A DNA stretch of 64,000 nt from an uncultured Mycoplasmatota bacterium (GTDB taxonomy: Bacteria; Bacillota_I; Bacilli_A; RF39; UBA660): positions 20,341-84,340 of the forward strand of contig URHJ01000001.1 in NCBI GenBank assembly GCA_900547465.1, in the 5' to 3' direction. Made by a program: the position numbers and the translations under genes. The notes under the pieces are model-generated. The model searched no databases, had not been told where the DNA came from, and was given only the letters and a program-made list of their open reading frames with translations. Below are positions 21,044 through 31,564 of the stretch, piece by piece. How positions within the stretch are numbered: position 1 is the stretch's first letter; each line of letters begins with the position of its first letter.

Positions 21044-21071
21044 ATTATACTACATTAACTTGATAATACAA
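21044..21071 (-). promoter_or_regulatory. Putative promoter of the transporter gene
   Basis: On the minus strand: TTGTAT, 16 nt, TATAAT, then RBS GGGAGG and ATG. Confidence 0.35.
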
Positions 21072-21104
21072 GCTTTTACGAGTCTTTTTTATGAAATTTT
21101 GGTG

Positions 21105-21130
21105 AAAAAAAAGGATAGAACAAACTATCC
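21105..21130 (-). terminator. Rho-independent terminator after lysS
   Basis: Minus strand reads GGATAG-tttgtt-CTATCC followed by T8. Confidence 0.6.
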
Positions 21131-21139
21131 AATTAACTA

Positions 21140-23062
21140 TTAATATAACTTAGCTCCAGCAGGAATATTATCATCAACCATTAAAAGATGTAAATCTTCC
21201 TCACCATCATTTTCAAAAACAGCACTAAGAAGCATACCACAAGAATCTATTCCCATCATTGTTCTTGGAGGTAAGTTAGTAATGGCTACCAAAGTCTTTC
21301 CAATAAGTTCTTCAGGCTCATAATAAGCATGAATGCCACTTAAAATTACACGTTCACTATCTGTACCATCATCTAAAGTAAATTGTAATAATTTCTTACT
21401 CTTAGGAACTGCAACACAATTCTTTACTTTCACTACTCTAAAATCAGACTTAGAAAAAGTATCAAAATCTACCATTTCTTCAAATAGGGGTTCTATCTTA
21501 ACTTTAGAAAAATCAATTACTCTTTTTTCTTCAAATTTATTTTCAACTACTTTAGTTTTTACAACTTTACTATCAGTATCTGAAACAGGTTTCATAAGTG
21601 GGAACATAACAACATCTTTAATATTCTCACTATTTGTTAATAATTGAACAATACGATCAATTCCCATTCCCCAACCAGAAATAGGTGGCATACCATATTC
21701 CATAGCGCCAATATAATCATAGTCCATATCCATTGCTTCCTCATCACCAGCTTCTTTTAATTTAGCTTGTTCTAGAAGTCTTCTTTCTTGTTCAACTGGA
21801 TTTACAAGTTCAGAATAACCATTAACTATTTCAGCACCATTAACAACCAATTGAAAACGATCTGTAATTTGAGGATTATCATCATTAGTACGAGCAAGCG
21901 GACTCAAATCAATAGGATGCTCAGTTAAATAAACAGGAGAAACCATAGAAGGTCTAGCTACCTTTTTATATAAAACATCTACTAGATTACCAAATCCTAA
22001 ATTTTCAATAGGAGTTTCACTTTCTAATTCTATTCCATCTTCTTTAATTTTAGCTAATAATTTTTCTTTTGTATTATAAACATTAATATCTATATTAGAA
22101 TGTTTAATCAATAACTCTCTAAAAGACACAATAGGAAAATCCCCACTAAAATCAATTTCCTTATCACCAAAGTTAATAGTCAATGTTCCAAAAATATTTT
22201 TGATAATTGTTTGAATCATATTCTGAATTAACTTCATATTATCTTTATAATTAAAATAAGCTTGATATGTCTCTATCATAGTAAAATCTTGCAAATGAGT
22301 TTGATCAATTCCCTCATTTCTAAAACATCTACCTATTTCATAAACTTTAGGAAGTCCAGCAATTACAGCTCTCTTCATATAAGTTTCAGGAGCAATTCTT
22401 AAATAAACATCCATATCTAAAGCATTATGATGTGATTTAAATGGTCTAGCAGTTGCTCCACTTGGTTTATTATTCAAAATAGGTGTTTCAATTTCCATAT
22501 AACCTAAATTATCTAAATAATTTCTTAATTCTTTAATAAATTTCATACGAATAAGAAAACGATCACGACTATCTTGATTCATAATTAAATCTACATATCT
22601 TTGACGATAACAAGCCTCTTGATCAGTAAGACCATGGAACTTCTCAGGAAGAGGTTTCAAAGCTTTACCTAAAAATTCAAAACTATCAACACGTATAGTT
22701 TTTTCACCTGTATGAGTAGTAAATACCTCACCACTTGCACCTATAAAGTCTCCAATATCAAAACATTCTTTAAAGAATTTATATCTTTCTTCTCCAACCA
22801 TATCTACTTTTATAGATAATTGAATTTTTCCCTTAATGTCACGAATAGTAAGAAAACTCATCTTACCCATTTTTCTCATAAAAACAATTCTACCAGCTAC
22901 TCTAACACCAGTAACACCATCTTCTAAAGAACTAACATCACATATATCATAATTTGTTTCATATCTTTCAGGATATGGATTACAAACTTCTCTTATTTTT
23001 TCTACTTTTTCACGTCTAACTAATTCTTGTTCACTAAACTCTCTCATATTATACCTCCACAT
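21140..23062 (-). CDS. lysS: Lysyl-tRNA synthetase (class II) fused to a C-terminal MetRS-type (Trbp111/EMAP-like) tRNA-binding domain
   Basis: 640 aa. Residues ~1-500 are canonical LysRS (anticodon-binding OB domain plus class II catalytic core). The last ~140 aa (..DFDTFSKSDFRVVKVKNCVAVPKSKKLLQFTLDDG...ILSGIHAYYEPEELIGKTLVAITNLPPRTMMGIDSCGMLL..) match the C-terminal tRNA-binding domain of B. subtilis MetRS. Confidence 0.9.
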   Translation of the reverse strand: MWRYNMREFSEQELVRREKVEKIREVCNPYPERYETNYDICDVSSLEDGVTGVRVAGRIVFMRKMGKMSFLTIRDIKGKIQLSIKVDMVGEERYKFFKECFDIGDFIGASGEVFTTHTGEKTIRVDSFEFLGKALKPLPEKFHGLTDQEACYRQRYVDLIMNQDSRDRFLIRMKFIKELRNYLDNLGYMEIETPILNNKPSGATARPFKSHHNALDMDVYLRIAPETYMKRAVIAGLPKVYEIGRCFRNEGIDQTHLQDFTMIETYQAYFNYKDNMKLIQNMIQTIIKNIFGTLTINFGDKEIDFSGDFPIVSFRELLIKHSNIDINVYNTKEKLLAKIKEDGIELESETPIENLGFGNLVDVLYKKVARPSMVSPVYLTEHPIDLSPLARTNDDNPQITDRFQLVVNGAEIVNGYSELVNPVEQERRLLEQAKLKEAGDEEAMDMDYDYIGAMEYGMPPISGWGMGIDRIVQLLTNSENIKDVVMFPLMKPVSDTDSKVVKTKVVENKFEEKRVIDFSKVKIEPLFEEMVDFDTFSKSDFRVVKVKNCVAVPKSKKLLQFTLDDGTDSERVILSGIHAYYEPEELIGKTLVAITNLPPRTMMGIDSCGMLLSAVFENDGEEDLHLLMVDDNIPAGAKLY

Positions 23063-23831
23063 TTACTACTTTTGTATGACAAATAATATCATGCAAACCT
23101 CTTTTGTCTTTTCTTGATAAAACCATAAGTGCCGTTATGAATAAAACCATATATTGTATTAATTGAAAAACAGTAACCGTTGTTGTATAAACGTATCTAT
23201 TACCCACAATTGATACAGTTAAAACTATCATATTAACTAAAATAGAATTAATTATAAAAGAACGCATCAACATTGCATTAATAGATAATTCACCACTATC
23301 AGTACTTTCAATTCTAATTTTCATAAGCTTCTTACCAACAGTTTGTCCTTTTTTATAATATTGGTAAACTATAAAATATAAAACATATACTGCTATCATA
23401 ATTATAGAAGAAAGACCAGTTTCCCTAGCCATATCATAACTAATGCTAGAAACTCGATTCATATATGTATTCATATCAATCTTACCATTTGTATACTCTT
23501 CAACAACTTTATTAGTCTCCTCTGACAACTTCTCATAATTATTTGAAGAAGTAAAAGGCATTGTAACTATTGATGATATCAACAAAATTAAAAACATATC
23601 TATTAAGTATGCTCCAAGTCTCTGAACAAACGAAGCATTTTTATTAGAAATAGTTGATTCCTTTTCAACAATAATTGGGGAAATAACCTCTGAAGATTCT
23701 TTTTTATCCACTTTTTCTGTGGATTTTTCTACATCTACCGGAACACTATCCACAACTTTTGTGAATTTTTTATTTTTATCTTCTCTTTTTTCCACTTTTT
23801 TTGTGGATTTTTTCTTATCATTATCAGCCAT
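23049..23831 (-). CDS. RDD-family membrane protein with a Lys-rich N-terminal tail
   Basis: 260 aa. 'RLGAYLIDMFLI' RDD-type motif and multiple TM segments. Confidence 0.6.
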   Translation of the reverse strand: MADNDKKKSTKKVEKREDKNKKFTKVVDSVPVDVEKSTEKVDKKESSEVISPIIVEKESTISNKNASFVQRLGAYLIDMFLILLISSIVTMPFTSSNNYEKLSEETNKVVEEYTNGKIDMNTYMNRVSSISYDMARETGLSSIIMIAVYVLYFIVYQYYKKGQTVGKKLMKIRIESTDSGELSINAMLMRSFIINSILVNMIVLTVSIVGNRYVYTTTVTVFQLIQYMVLFITALMVLSRKDKRGLHDIICHTKVVNVEV

Positions 23832-24816
23832 TAAGTAATTCCTCCCTATAACTCATTAATACTTGCATTATATCATGAATTGAATCACATTGATAGACTT
23901 TATTCTTAATTTCATTGGCACCAGGTAACCCCTTAAAATACCAACCAATATGATTTCTAATTTCTAACCTAGCAACCTTTTCGTCTTTAACAACACTTAA
24001 ATAATTTAAGTGTTTTATACACATATCAACTCTATCAAGTCTATTAGGTTGAGAAACCAAATCACCATTTAAATAAGCAACAGTTTGTTCAATTAACCAA
24101 GGATTACCAAGAACACCTCGACCTATCATAATAGCATCGCAACCTGTTTCATCAAGCATTCTCTTAGCATCTTCTGGTGTTTTAATGTCTCCATTACCTA
24201 TTACAGGAATATTAACATTATCTTTAACAGCCTTTATAATACTCCAATCAGCCTCTCCTCGATATCCCTGACTCCTAGTTCTAGGGTGCACACATATAGC
24301 ACTAGCTCCAGCTTTCTCTATGACCTTAGCCACTTCAACTGCATTAATATGATTAGAATCCCAACCACTTCTTATTTTTACAGTAACCGGAACATCAACT
24401 GCATCTACAACAGCCTTTACTATATCATAAATCTTAGAAGGTGATTTAAGTAAAGCTGATCCAGCCTGTGCACGTAAAGCCACCTTAGGTACAGGACACC
24501 CCATATTAATATCAATAATATCAGGATGCATATTAGAACAAATATACTTAGCTGCAATAACAAAACTTGAAACATCAGTACCAAATATTTGTTGAGAAAT
24601 AGGTCTTTCAAAATCAGTCATATAAAGCATATCTATCGTCTTTTTATTTCCATACATAATAGCTTTATCACTAACCATCTCTGCATATATAAGTCCACAA
24701 CCCATTTCCTTACATATTCTTCTAAACGGAGAATTAGAGATTCCTGCCATTGGTGCCAAAACAACCTGATTTGCTATTTCAACATTTCCTATTTTCCACT
24801 TCATAACAATCACCAA
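23824..24816 (-). CDS. dusB: tRNA-dihydrouridine synthase DusB
   Basis: 330 aa, TIM-barrel Dus motifs (LAPMAGISNSPFR, NMGCP). The true start is probably MKWKIGN. Confidence 0.85.
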   Translation of the reverse strand: MVIVMKWKIGNVEIANQVVLAPMAGISNSPFRRICKEMGCGLIYAEMVSDKAIMYGNKKTIDMLYMTDFERPISQQIFGTDVSSFVIAAKYICSNMHPDIIDINMGCPVPKVALRAQAGSALLKSPSKIYDIVKAVVDAVDVPVTVKIRSGWDSNHINAVEVAKVIEKAGASAICVHPRTRSQGYRGEADWSIIKAVKDNVNIPVIGNGDIKTPEDAKRMLDETGCDAIMIGRGVLGNPWLIEQTVAYLNGDLVSQPNRLDRVDMCIKHLNYLSVVKDEKVARLEIRNHIGWYFKGLPGANEIKNKVYQCDSIHDIMQVLMSYREELLNG

Positions 24817-24904
24817 ATTACTTTTTATAAATAATCACTCTAAAAGCAAAGATAGTATACTATAAAACTATAATTTTTTCAAATAAAAATAAAAAGAGCA
24901 GATT

Positions 24905-26875
24905 TTAATTATCCAACTCTTCTAATAATTCAGCTTTACTCATTTTAGAATAATTCTTAATACCTTTTTCTTTAGCAAGTTCTCTTAACTTAGTAATAGA
25001 CATAGATTCTAAACTAGTTTCTTCATCTTCTTCAGGCATTTTTCCATTCTTAACTAAATAATCAATTTGTTCTTTAGTTAAAGTTTCATATTCAAGTAAA
25101 GTCTCAGCAATAAGTTTTAATAAATCTTTATTTGCTTTTATAATTTCAGTTGCTTTTTTATGGCAATCATTAATTATTTTTCTCATTTCCATATCAATTT
25201 CATTCGCAACTTCGTTAGAGAAATGTTGACTCTTATTATAATCTCTACCTAAGAAAACACTTCCTTCTTGTTGTTCAAATTGAAGAGGACCTAAATCACT
25301 CATACCATACTCAGTTACCATTGCACGTGCTATTTTAGTAGCTTTTTCAAAATCATTATGTGCACCAGTTGTAATTTCACCAAATGTAATTTCTTCAGCT
25401 GTACGACCACCAAGTAATCCTGTAATTTCTTCTAATAAATCAGTTTTAGTAGAACACATCTTTTCTTCACTTGGAACCATCATATTATATCCACCTGCTG
25501 CACCACGAGGAATAATAGTAACTTTTTGAACATCATTAGCATTATCAAGTTTTAATCCAATAACAGCGTGTCCAGCTTCGTGATAAGCCACTAATTTTCT
25601 ATCATTTTCACTATACTTATGAGATGCTTTAGCAGGACCCATTAATACACGATCTGTTGCTTCATCTATCTCACTCATAGTTATTTTATCTTTATTACGT
25701 CTAACAGCAAGTAAAGCAGCTTCATTAAGTAGGTTTTCCAAATCAGCACCACTAAATCCTGGAGTTCTTTTTGCTAAGTTAGATAAAGTAATACCATCAG
25801 CTAATTTCTTATTCTTTGCATGAACAGCAAGAATTTCCTCACGACCTCTAACATCAGGTAAATTAACAGTAACTTGTCTATCAAATCTACCAGGACGTAA
25901 TAATGCAGGATCAAGTACATCAGGTCTATTTGTAGCAGCTATAATTATTATTCCTTCATTAGCACCAAAACCGTCCATCTCAGTAAGTAATTGGTTAAGT
26001 GTTTGTTCACGTTCATCATGTCCTCCACCTAAACCAGTTCCTCTTTGACGACCAACTGCATCTATTTCATCAATAAATATTAAACATGGAGCATTTCTTT
26101 TTGCTTGTTGGAACATATCACGTACACGACTTGCTCCAACACCCACGAATAATTCAACAAAGTCTGAGCCACTAATAAAGTAAAATGGAACATTAGCTTC
26201 ACCTGCAACACTCTTAGCAAGTAATGTTTTACCAGTTCCAGGAGGACCTACTAATAATACTCCCTTAGGAATTCTAGCTCCTAATTTTTGGAACTTTTTA
26301 GGATTTTTCAAGAAATCGATTAATTCAGCAACTTCTTCTTTTTCTTCCTTTAGACCAGCAACATCTTTAAATGTAACTTTATTTTTATCATCACTTAAAC
26401 GAGCTTTGCTCTTACCAAAATCCAAAGAACTTTTATTTCCAGCCATTTGACGATTAAAGAAGAAGAAAGCAAGTCCTATTAATACCACAAAAGGTAATAC
26501 ATTAACAAGAACAATTAACAAAGCTGATGATTCAGGATCAGGTTTAGCAGTCATCTTAAACTCTTGAGCTTCAGAATAATCAACAATCTTCTTCATAACT
26601 TGTTCACTCTTTGGAAGTCTTACATAAAAAGATTCATCTTTTTTATATTTTTTTAAAGTACCCTCTACTTCATAAATTTGAGCACTATCCCTAGTAGTAA
26701 CAGTTATTTCTTTTACTTCTCCACTACTAAGTTCTGTCATAAATTGATTATATGTTAAATTATGAATATTTTGATTTAACACATTAACAAAGTACAAAAC
26801 GCCAAGAATAATTAAAAACATAAATACATATGGAACTAATCCGCGTTTTATTTCTTTTTTCATATTTTTATTCAT
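24905..26875 (-). CDS. ftsH: ATP-dependent zinc metalloprotease FtsH with a C-terminal Rho-N/SAP-like tail
   Basis: 656 aa. Two TM segments, AAA module (GPPGTGKT), HEAGH zinc site. C-terminal ..[30 protein letters not shown]. Confidence 0.95.
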   Translation of the reverse strand: MNKNMKKEIKRGLVPYVFMFLIILGVLYFVNVLNQNIHNLTYNQFMTELSSGEVKEITVTTRDSAQIYEVEGTLKKYKKDESFYVRLPKSEQVMKKIVDYSEAQEFKMTAKPDPESSALLIVLVNVLPFVVLIGLAFFFFNRQMAGNKSSLDFGKSKARLSDDKNKVTFKDVAGLKEEKEEVAELIDFLKNPKKFQKLGARIPKGVLLVGPPGTGKTLLAKSVAGEANVPFYFISGSDFVELFVGVGASRVRDMFQQAKRNAPCLIFIDEIDAVGRQRGTGLGGGHDEREQTLNQLLTEMDGFGANEGIIIIAATNRPDVLDPALLRPGRFDRQVTVNLPDVRGREEILAVHAKNKKLADGITLSNLAKRTPGFSGADLENLLNEAALLAVRRNKDKITMSEIDEATDRVLMGPAKASHKYSENDRKLVAYHEAGHAVIGLKLDNANDVQKVTIIPRGAAGGYNMMVPSEEKMCSTKTDLLEEITGLLGGRTAEEITFGEITTGAHNDFEKATKIARAMVTEYGMSDLGPLQFEQQEGSVFLGRDYNKSQHFSNEVANEIDMEMRKIINDCHKKATEIIKANKDLLKLIAETLLEYETLTKEQIDYLVKNGKMPEEDEETSLESMSITKLRELAKEKGIKNYSKMSKAELLEELDN

Positions 26876-26888
26876 TAAATTTCCTCCT

Positions 26889-28208
26889 CTAACAGTATTT
26901 CATTATTATATCATAGTTTTCTTTTTTTGACTTGTCAAATTTAGATTTTTTTATTCCTGGAATCCAAACTATTCTTCCTAAAGAATCAACAACAATAGGC
27001 CACAAATCTCTATCTCTAATATCTATCTTCTTATCAATAAATATATCTTTTACCTTTTTCTTACCATTAAGACCTTTAACCTCCATCTTATCACCAAGTT
27101 TTCTAGTACGAATGATAAGTGGTAGACTAACTTCATCTGATGACAACCTACAAATAAAGTTTGAATTATCTGAAACATCATCAATCAAAGATATTTTGTG
27201 TTTATTAGGAAGTTCAGCATATTTACTAAACTCAATCTCATAAGCAGTTAACTCATCAGTCTCTCTACGTAAGTAAAAATAATCATAACTTTTTATAGCT
27301 AAAATTTCATTAGGCAAATTAACTTGCATATTAGCTTTACGAGAATGTAAAACTTGATTCAATAAATCTATATGTTTATCCCCAACTAGAATTAAATCAT
27401 CTTGATAAAAATCTTCCATAATATAATATAATATTTCTTTTTGAATATAAGGATCCAACTCTAAAAAAGCACTTATTTTTATATATCCAGTTTTTGAATC
27501 AACAATTTTTCTATAAGCTTTATCTCTTTCTTTTTCTATATATTTAGAAGCCTCAGCTAAATTATGACTATATTTCAATACTTTCTTATGAACATTAGGA
27601 TCTTCTTCCTTTAAAAAAGGTAATACATATTTTCTATATCTATTTCTTGTGTACTTCATTTTATGATTGGATTCATCAACATAGTAAAAAACATTATTTA
27701 ATTTATCATAATCTTCTAATTCTTTTTTCGTATAATGAATCAAAGGTCTCGCAATCTTATAACTACCCATATCTACAATTTCATGAAAACCACTATAACC
27801 ATTTAAATTAGAACCTCTTATCATTCTCATCAAAACAGTTTCTATTAAATCATCACCATGATGTGCTGTCATCAAGTAATTTGCACGATATTTTTCAACT
27901 AAACTTTCAAAAAAGTGATATCTTATATTTCTTGCTTCATTATGAAAATTATCATCACCGTACTTTTCAATTACCATCCCTTCAAACATAACATCATGTT
28001 CAGCACAATATTTTTTCATAAATTCAGCTTCTTCTACACTTTGCTTTCTTAAATTATGATTAACATGAGCACAAATAAGTTCCAAATTATACTTTTCCCT
28101 AACTTTTAAAAGCATATCGAAAAGAGCCATTGAATCAGGGCCAGAAGAACACCCAATAACTATCCTATCTCCCTTGTTAAATTGAAAATAATCTTCAATT
28201 GAAATCAT
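26889..28208 (-). CDS. tilS: tRNA(Ile)-lysidine synthetase
   Basis: 439 aa. PP-loop SGGxDS (GCSSGPDSMAL). Position next to ftsH. Confidence 0.9.
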   Translation of the reverse strand: MISIEDYFQFNKGDRIVIGCSSGPDSMALFDMLLKVREKYNLELICAHVNHNLRKQSVEEAEFMKKYCAEHDVMFEGMVIEKYGDDNFHNEARNIRYHFFESLVEKYRANYLMTAHHGDDLIETVLMRMIRGSNLNGYSGFHEIVDMGSYKIARPLIHYTKKELEDYDKLNNVFYYVDESNHKMKYTRNRYRKYVLPFLKEEDPNVHKKVLKYSHNLAEASKYIEKERDKAYRKIVDSKTGYIKISAFLELDPYIQKEILYYIMEDFYQDDLILVGDKHIDLLNQVLHSRKANMQVNLPNEILAIKSYDYFYLRRETDELTAYEIEFSKYAELPNKHKISLIDDVSDNSNFICRLSSDEVSLPLIIRTRKLGDKMEVKGLNGKKKVKDIFIDKKIDIRDRDLWPIVVDSLGRIVWIPGIKKSKFDKSKKENYDIIMKYC

Positions 28209-28282
28209 TTATATCACCAATACCATTCTATACGAAATTCATCATTTTATCAATATAAAACAAAGAAATTACAAAACAAAAA

Positions 28283-28309
28283 AGTTAATCCTAAAATTAA
28301 CTTTTTTTA
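28283..28309 (-). terminator. Hairpin with T-runs on both sides (bidirectional terminator) after divIC
   Basis: AGTTAAT-cctaaa-ATTAACT, flanked by an A-run and a T-run. Confidence 0.45.
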
Positions 28310-28310
28310 C

Positions 28311-28652
28311 CTAAGGAATTCTTAAAATTATCTCTCCATCTTTAGAATAAGAGTACTTTTCCCTAGCATATCTCGCTATATAATCAGGATCTTGTAATTT
28401 ATCAGCATCAACTTGTAATTCATCTTGTTTTTCTTTTAAAGACACTAACTTTTCTTTTAATTCTTTCTTTTCTTTATATTTATCATAAATTTCTACCCAA
28501 TATTTACCAATAGTATAAGTCGTACCAATAATAATTACTAAAGATGTAATACCTAAAAAAAATAATCTTTTTCTTTTCTTTTTATCCTTTTTCTTCTTCT
28601 GCAAGGATACCACCACCTTACTATTTATATAGAGTATATCACAAACCAACAA
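28311..28652 (-). CDS. divIC: Septum formation initiator (DivIC/FtsB family)
   Basis: 113 aa. N-terminal TM plus coiled coil. yabP-yabQ-divIC order as in B. subtilis. Confidence 0.7.
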   Translation of the reverse strand: MLVCDILYINSKVVVSLQKKKKDKKKRKRLFFLGITSLVIIIGTTYTIGKYWVEIYDKYKEKKELKEKLVSLKEKQDELQVDADKLQDPDYIARYAREKYSYSKDGEIILRIP

Positions 28653-28665
28653 AAAAAGAGTCGAA

Positions 28666-28998
28666 CTATAACTCTTTCTTATTCACTTTACACTTTTTTA
28701 ACACTTTTTTCAAATATACTTTAAAAGAATTAACATACTGACTCAACCGAATATTACCAACTAAGTAACCAATCCCTATCATCAAGAAAAAATATATATG
28801 AATAATACCATTATTTATTTTTTGTATCAAAAGAAAATATAACAAAGTAAAATCTAAAATATAAACAAAAGTAATTATAACTTTAAAATATATATTTTTA
28901 GTAAACAAAAATCGATAATTTAGATTAGTACATATAGAAAAGATAATTCCAAAAACAAAAGAAAAGAAAAGCGAAACAATTTGAATACGTAAATTCAT
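28666..28998 (-). CDS. yabQ: Spore cortex biosynthesis membrane protein YabQ-like
   Basis: 110 aa, multipass membrane. Called mainly by position between yabP and divIC. Confidence 0.5.
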   Translation of the reverse strand: MNLRIQIVSLFFSFVFGIIFSICTNLNYRFLFTKNIYFKVIITFVYILDFTLLYFLLIQKINNGIIHIYFFLMIGIGYLVGNIRLSQYVNSFKVYLKKVLKKCKVNKKEL

Positions 28999-29306
28999 TA
29001 CTTAAATAATCTATTAAATAAACTATTTTCTTTTGCTTTTTTATCGTTATCTTCCAAATAATTAACCCCTTTAACAAGACCACGTATAGATACATGTCCC
29101 TGTAATGTATCAAGTTTTATTAATTCTAGATCTTCCCCTTTAATCAAAATAAAACCCATACTAGTCTCTAATAAAAATTGTTCCGTATCAAAGTTTTCTA
29201 TTTTTTTTACACCAGTAATCATTAAATTCTTTCTTTCAACTAAACTTATACCATGACTATAATTCGTTATTGTATCCTGTTTTTCCATATTATTTCCTCC
29301 TAACAA
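28998..29306 (-). CDS. yabP: Sporulation protein YabP
   Basis: 102 aa. The pattern GVKKIENFDTEQFLLETSMGFILIKGEDLELIKLD..GHVSIRG matches the YabP family. Confidence 0.75.
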   Translation of the reverse strand: MLGGNNMEKQDTITNYSHGISLVERKNLMITGVKKIENFDTEQFLLETSMGFILIKGEDLELIKLDTLQGHVSIRGLVKGVNYLEDNDKKAKENSLFNRLFK

Positions 29307-29361
29307 ATAATATGTTTAAATAAAAAAAATATTACAAAAAAGTCAATGCTTAATACATTGA

Positions 29362-30015
29362 CTAATTACTAGAACCTAAATTGTTCTTTAATTTTTTATT
29401 TTTTGATATTAACATAACAAATACTATAATACTTATAAGAAAATATAAACCAAAAGCAATAGCTAAAATCATAACTAAGTTATTATTATCTTCACTTTTA
29501 TCATTAGCTTTATTTACAGTATTATTATCACTTTTTTGATCTGATATAATATCAATTTCATCATTAGTAGTACTGTTATCACTTAATTCTTTATCAGTAT
29601 AAATATTTTCTGACGGACTAATATACAAATAAGAACTATAATTCTCATATGAAATAGGTTTAGTAGAATTAATAGTTAACTTACCATCACCATTAAATAC
29701 AATTTTTCCATTATAATCAAAATCGATACCTACACCATCAGTAGTTATATTATTATCACCAACTAAGTTTATAACAAAAGTAATTCCATCTTGAGCTGTA
29801 CCATAACAATTTAATTTTAAAGAATTACCATTATAATTATTTAATGTTAAAGTAACAGTATTAGAATCTTTTGTAACTGTTGCTGTTTGAGATGTATTAC
29901 TATCGAAAACCTCTTCACCATCTACAATCCAATCATATGGTAAACCAGCAGCATTAACATCTACAGCAAAAAACAAACCCACTACCAAAAATAAAAATAT
30001 ATATCTAAACTTCAT
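29362..30015 (-). CDS. Secreted, C-terminally membrane-anchored beta-rich protein of unknown function
   Basis: 217 aa. N-terminal signal peptide (..AVDVNA), N/T/D-rich ectodomain, C-terminal TM helix followed by a basic tail. Confidence 0.5.
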   Translation of the reverse strand: MKFRYIFLFLVVGLFFAVDVNAAGLPYDWIVDGEEVFDSNTSQTATVTKDSNTVTLTLNNYNGNSLKLNCYGTAQDGITFVINLVGDNNITTDGVGIDFDYNGKIVFNGDGKLTINSTKPISYENYSSYLYISPSENIYTDKELSDNSTTNDEIDIISDQKSDNNTVNKANDKSEDNNNLVMILAIAFGLYFLISIIVFVMLISKNKKLKNNLGSSN

Positions 30016-30119
30016 CTAAATCCTCCTCTAGGATAACTATAACACAAAAAAGTTACAAATAATAATCATAATAATAATAATAATACGTAAATAATATTTT
30101 GACAGTGTAAAATATAGAC

Positions 30120-30142
30120 AAAAAAAGATGATTTCTCATCTT
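30120..30142 (-). terminator. Rho-independent terminator after spoVG
   Basis: Minus strand reads AAGATGA-gaaa-TCATCTT followed by T7. Confidence 0.55.
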
Positions 30143-30151
30143 TATAATTTA

Positions 30152-30427
30152 CTACTCTTCTTCTGTGCTATCTTCAGCTTTATTATAAGCATCGATAATA
30201 GCATCTTCAAACATAGATCTTACTTCAGGATTAATTGGATGAGCTATATCTCTATATCCACCTGCTGCTGTCTTACGACTTGGCATTGCTATAAATAGTC
30301 CATTATCTCCTTCAATAATTCTAATATCATGAACTGCAAAACTATCATCTAGTAATACTGATGCAATTCCTTTCATACGAGATCCTTCTTTTTCAATCTT
30401 ACGTACATTTACAGATGTAATCTTCAT
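30152..30427 (-). CDS. spoVG: Septation protein SpoVG
   Basis: 91 aa. [52 protein letters not shown] is near-canonical SpoVG. Confidence 0.9.
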   Translation of the reverse strand: MKITSVNVRKIEKEGSRMKGIASVLLDDSFAVHDIRIIEGDNGLFIAMPSRKTAAGGYRDIAHPINPEVRSMFEDAIIDAYNKAEDSTEEE

Positions 30428-30500
30428 GTTTTGTCCTCCCTCTAAAAGTATATCTACTTTCTAATTACATTGTATACTACTAAGAAAAAAAAATCAACAA

Positions 30501-30734
30501 CTATTTTTCTAGTATAATTGATTTCATTTCCAAATTATTAATTAACACATCATTATAACTATAAGATTTAATTCTGTTAGTATGATCAAGCACTCTAACC
30601 GTAAAAACAGCTGAATAACTAGAAACTATTCTTCCTACAAATTCATCTGTTTGATTTCTGGCACCTTTAAATTTAAATGCAAAAACTTCTCCCTTATTCT
30701 CTGTTATAAACTTCTTTATTTTTGATATATTCAT
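30501..30734 (-). CDS. veg: Veg-family protein
   Basis: 77 aa. Pattern ..GRIVSSYSAVFTVRV...SYSYNDVL.. plus its position after yabG. Confidence 0.7.
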   Translation of the reverse strand: MNISKIKKFITENKGEVFAFKFKGARNQTDEFVGRIVSSYSAVFTVRVLDHTNRIKSYSYNDVLINNLEMKSIILEK

Positions 30735-31519
30735 CTAGGATACCCCACAAACATTGTACCATTAGTTATAATACCACCAAAACCATCAGTACCATATTTT
30801 GTTTTCTCAATTAAAGGCAACAAATCAATACTTTCATTTTTTAAAGAGAGAGCTATAGAAGATGCTATAATTGCTGGATCCAAAGCATGAATGTTAATAC
30901 GCTTAGGACTAGAAGCAAAATTAGATCCAGCTTTAATTAATTCCTCATAATTTGATTGACAAGCACCAGAAATAATAATCAATTTATTTTGATCTTTTTC
31001 ATAATTTCTTGCCATCTTCACTGTTTTCACAAAATTACTACTATTTTGATAATTATCAAGATTTTTTTTATCATTCTTTTTCTTATAATAAGCATCATGA
31101 CCAGTTATAACTAAGATATCAGGTCTATATTCTTTTAAATACTTACTAATATGGGAAGGAAATTCATTTTCATTTAAAGAAAAACCATAAGCTTCAACAT
31201 TCAAATCATGATAAAAATTTATACATCTTTCCAAATACTCTTCATCCCCATCTATATGAAGTATCTTCCCAGGTAAATAAAAATATTCATCACGATTTAA
31301 ATCAATACTTTTCAAATTCTCATGAATAATTTCCCTATCTGATTTTACTACATTAATCTTTCCCTCTTCTTTTTTTAAATCAGAAATATCACTATCAGCA
31401 TACAGTCGAAGATCGACACCCTTCAATGTAACAACATCATCTGTAATATCTATAATTTTAAATAAAATATCATTATGATAAGATTTACGACTTACAATAT
31501 CACCTATCTTTAAATTCAT
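30731..31519 (-). CDS. yabG: Sporulation-specific protease YabG (peptidase U57)
   Basis: 262 aa. Long stretches align to B. subtilis YabG (IGDIVSRKSYHNDILFKII...YRPDILVITGHDAY...ISGACQS..ELIKAGSNFASSPKRINIHALDP). Confidence 0.85.
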   Translation of the reverse strand: MNLKIGDIVSRKSYHNDILFKIIDITDDVVTLKGVDLRLYADSDISDLKKEEGKINVVKSDREIIHENLKSIDLNRDEYFYLPGKILHIDGDEEYLERCINFYHDLNVEAYGFSLNENEFPSHISKYLKEYRPDILVITGHDAYYKKKNDKKNLDNYQNSSNFVKTVKMARNYEKDQNKLIIISGACQSNYEELIKAGSNFASSPKRINIHALDPAIIASSIALSLKNESIDLLPLIEKTKYGTDGFGGIITNGTMFVGYPR

Positions 31520-31564
31520 AAAATCATCTCCAACTAATTTTATGATAAAAAAAAAGAAATAGAA

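Noticed and set aside
28925-29113. 62-aa ORF overlapping the yabQ-yabP junction.
   Set aside because: It overlaps both better-supported genes on the same strand in another frame. Spurious.
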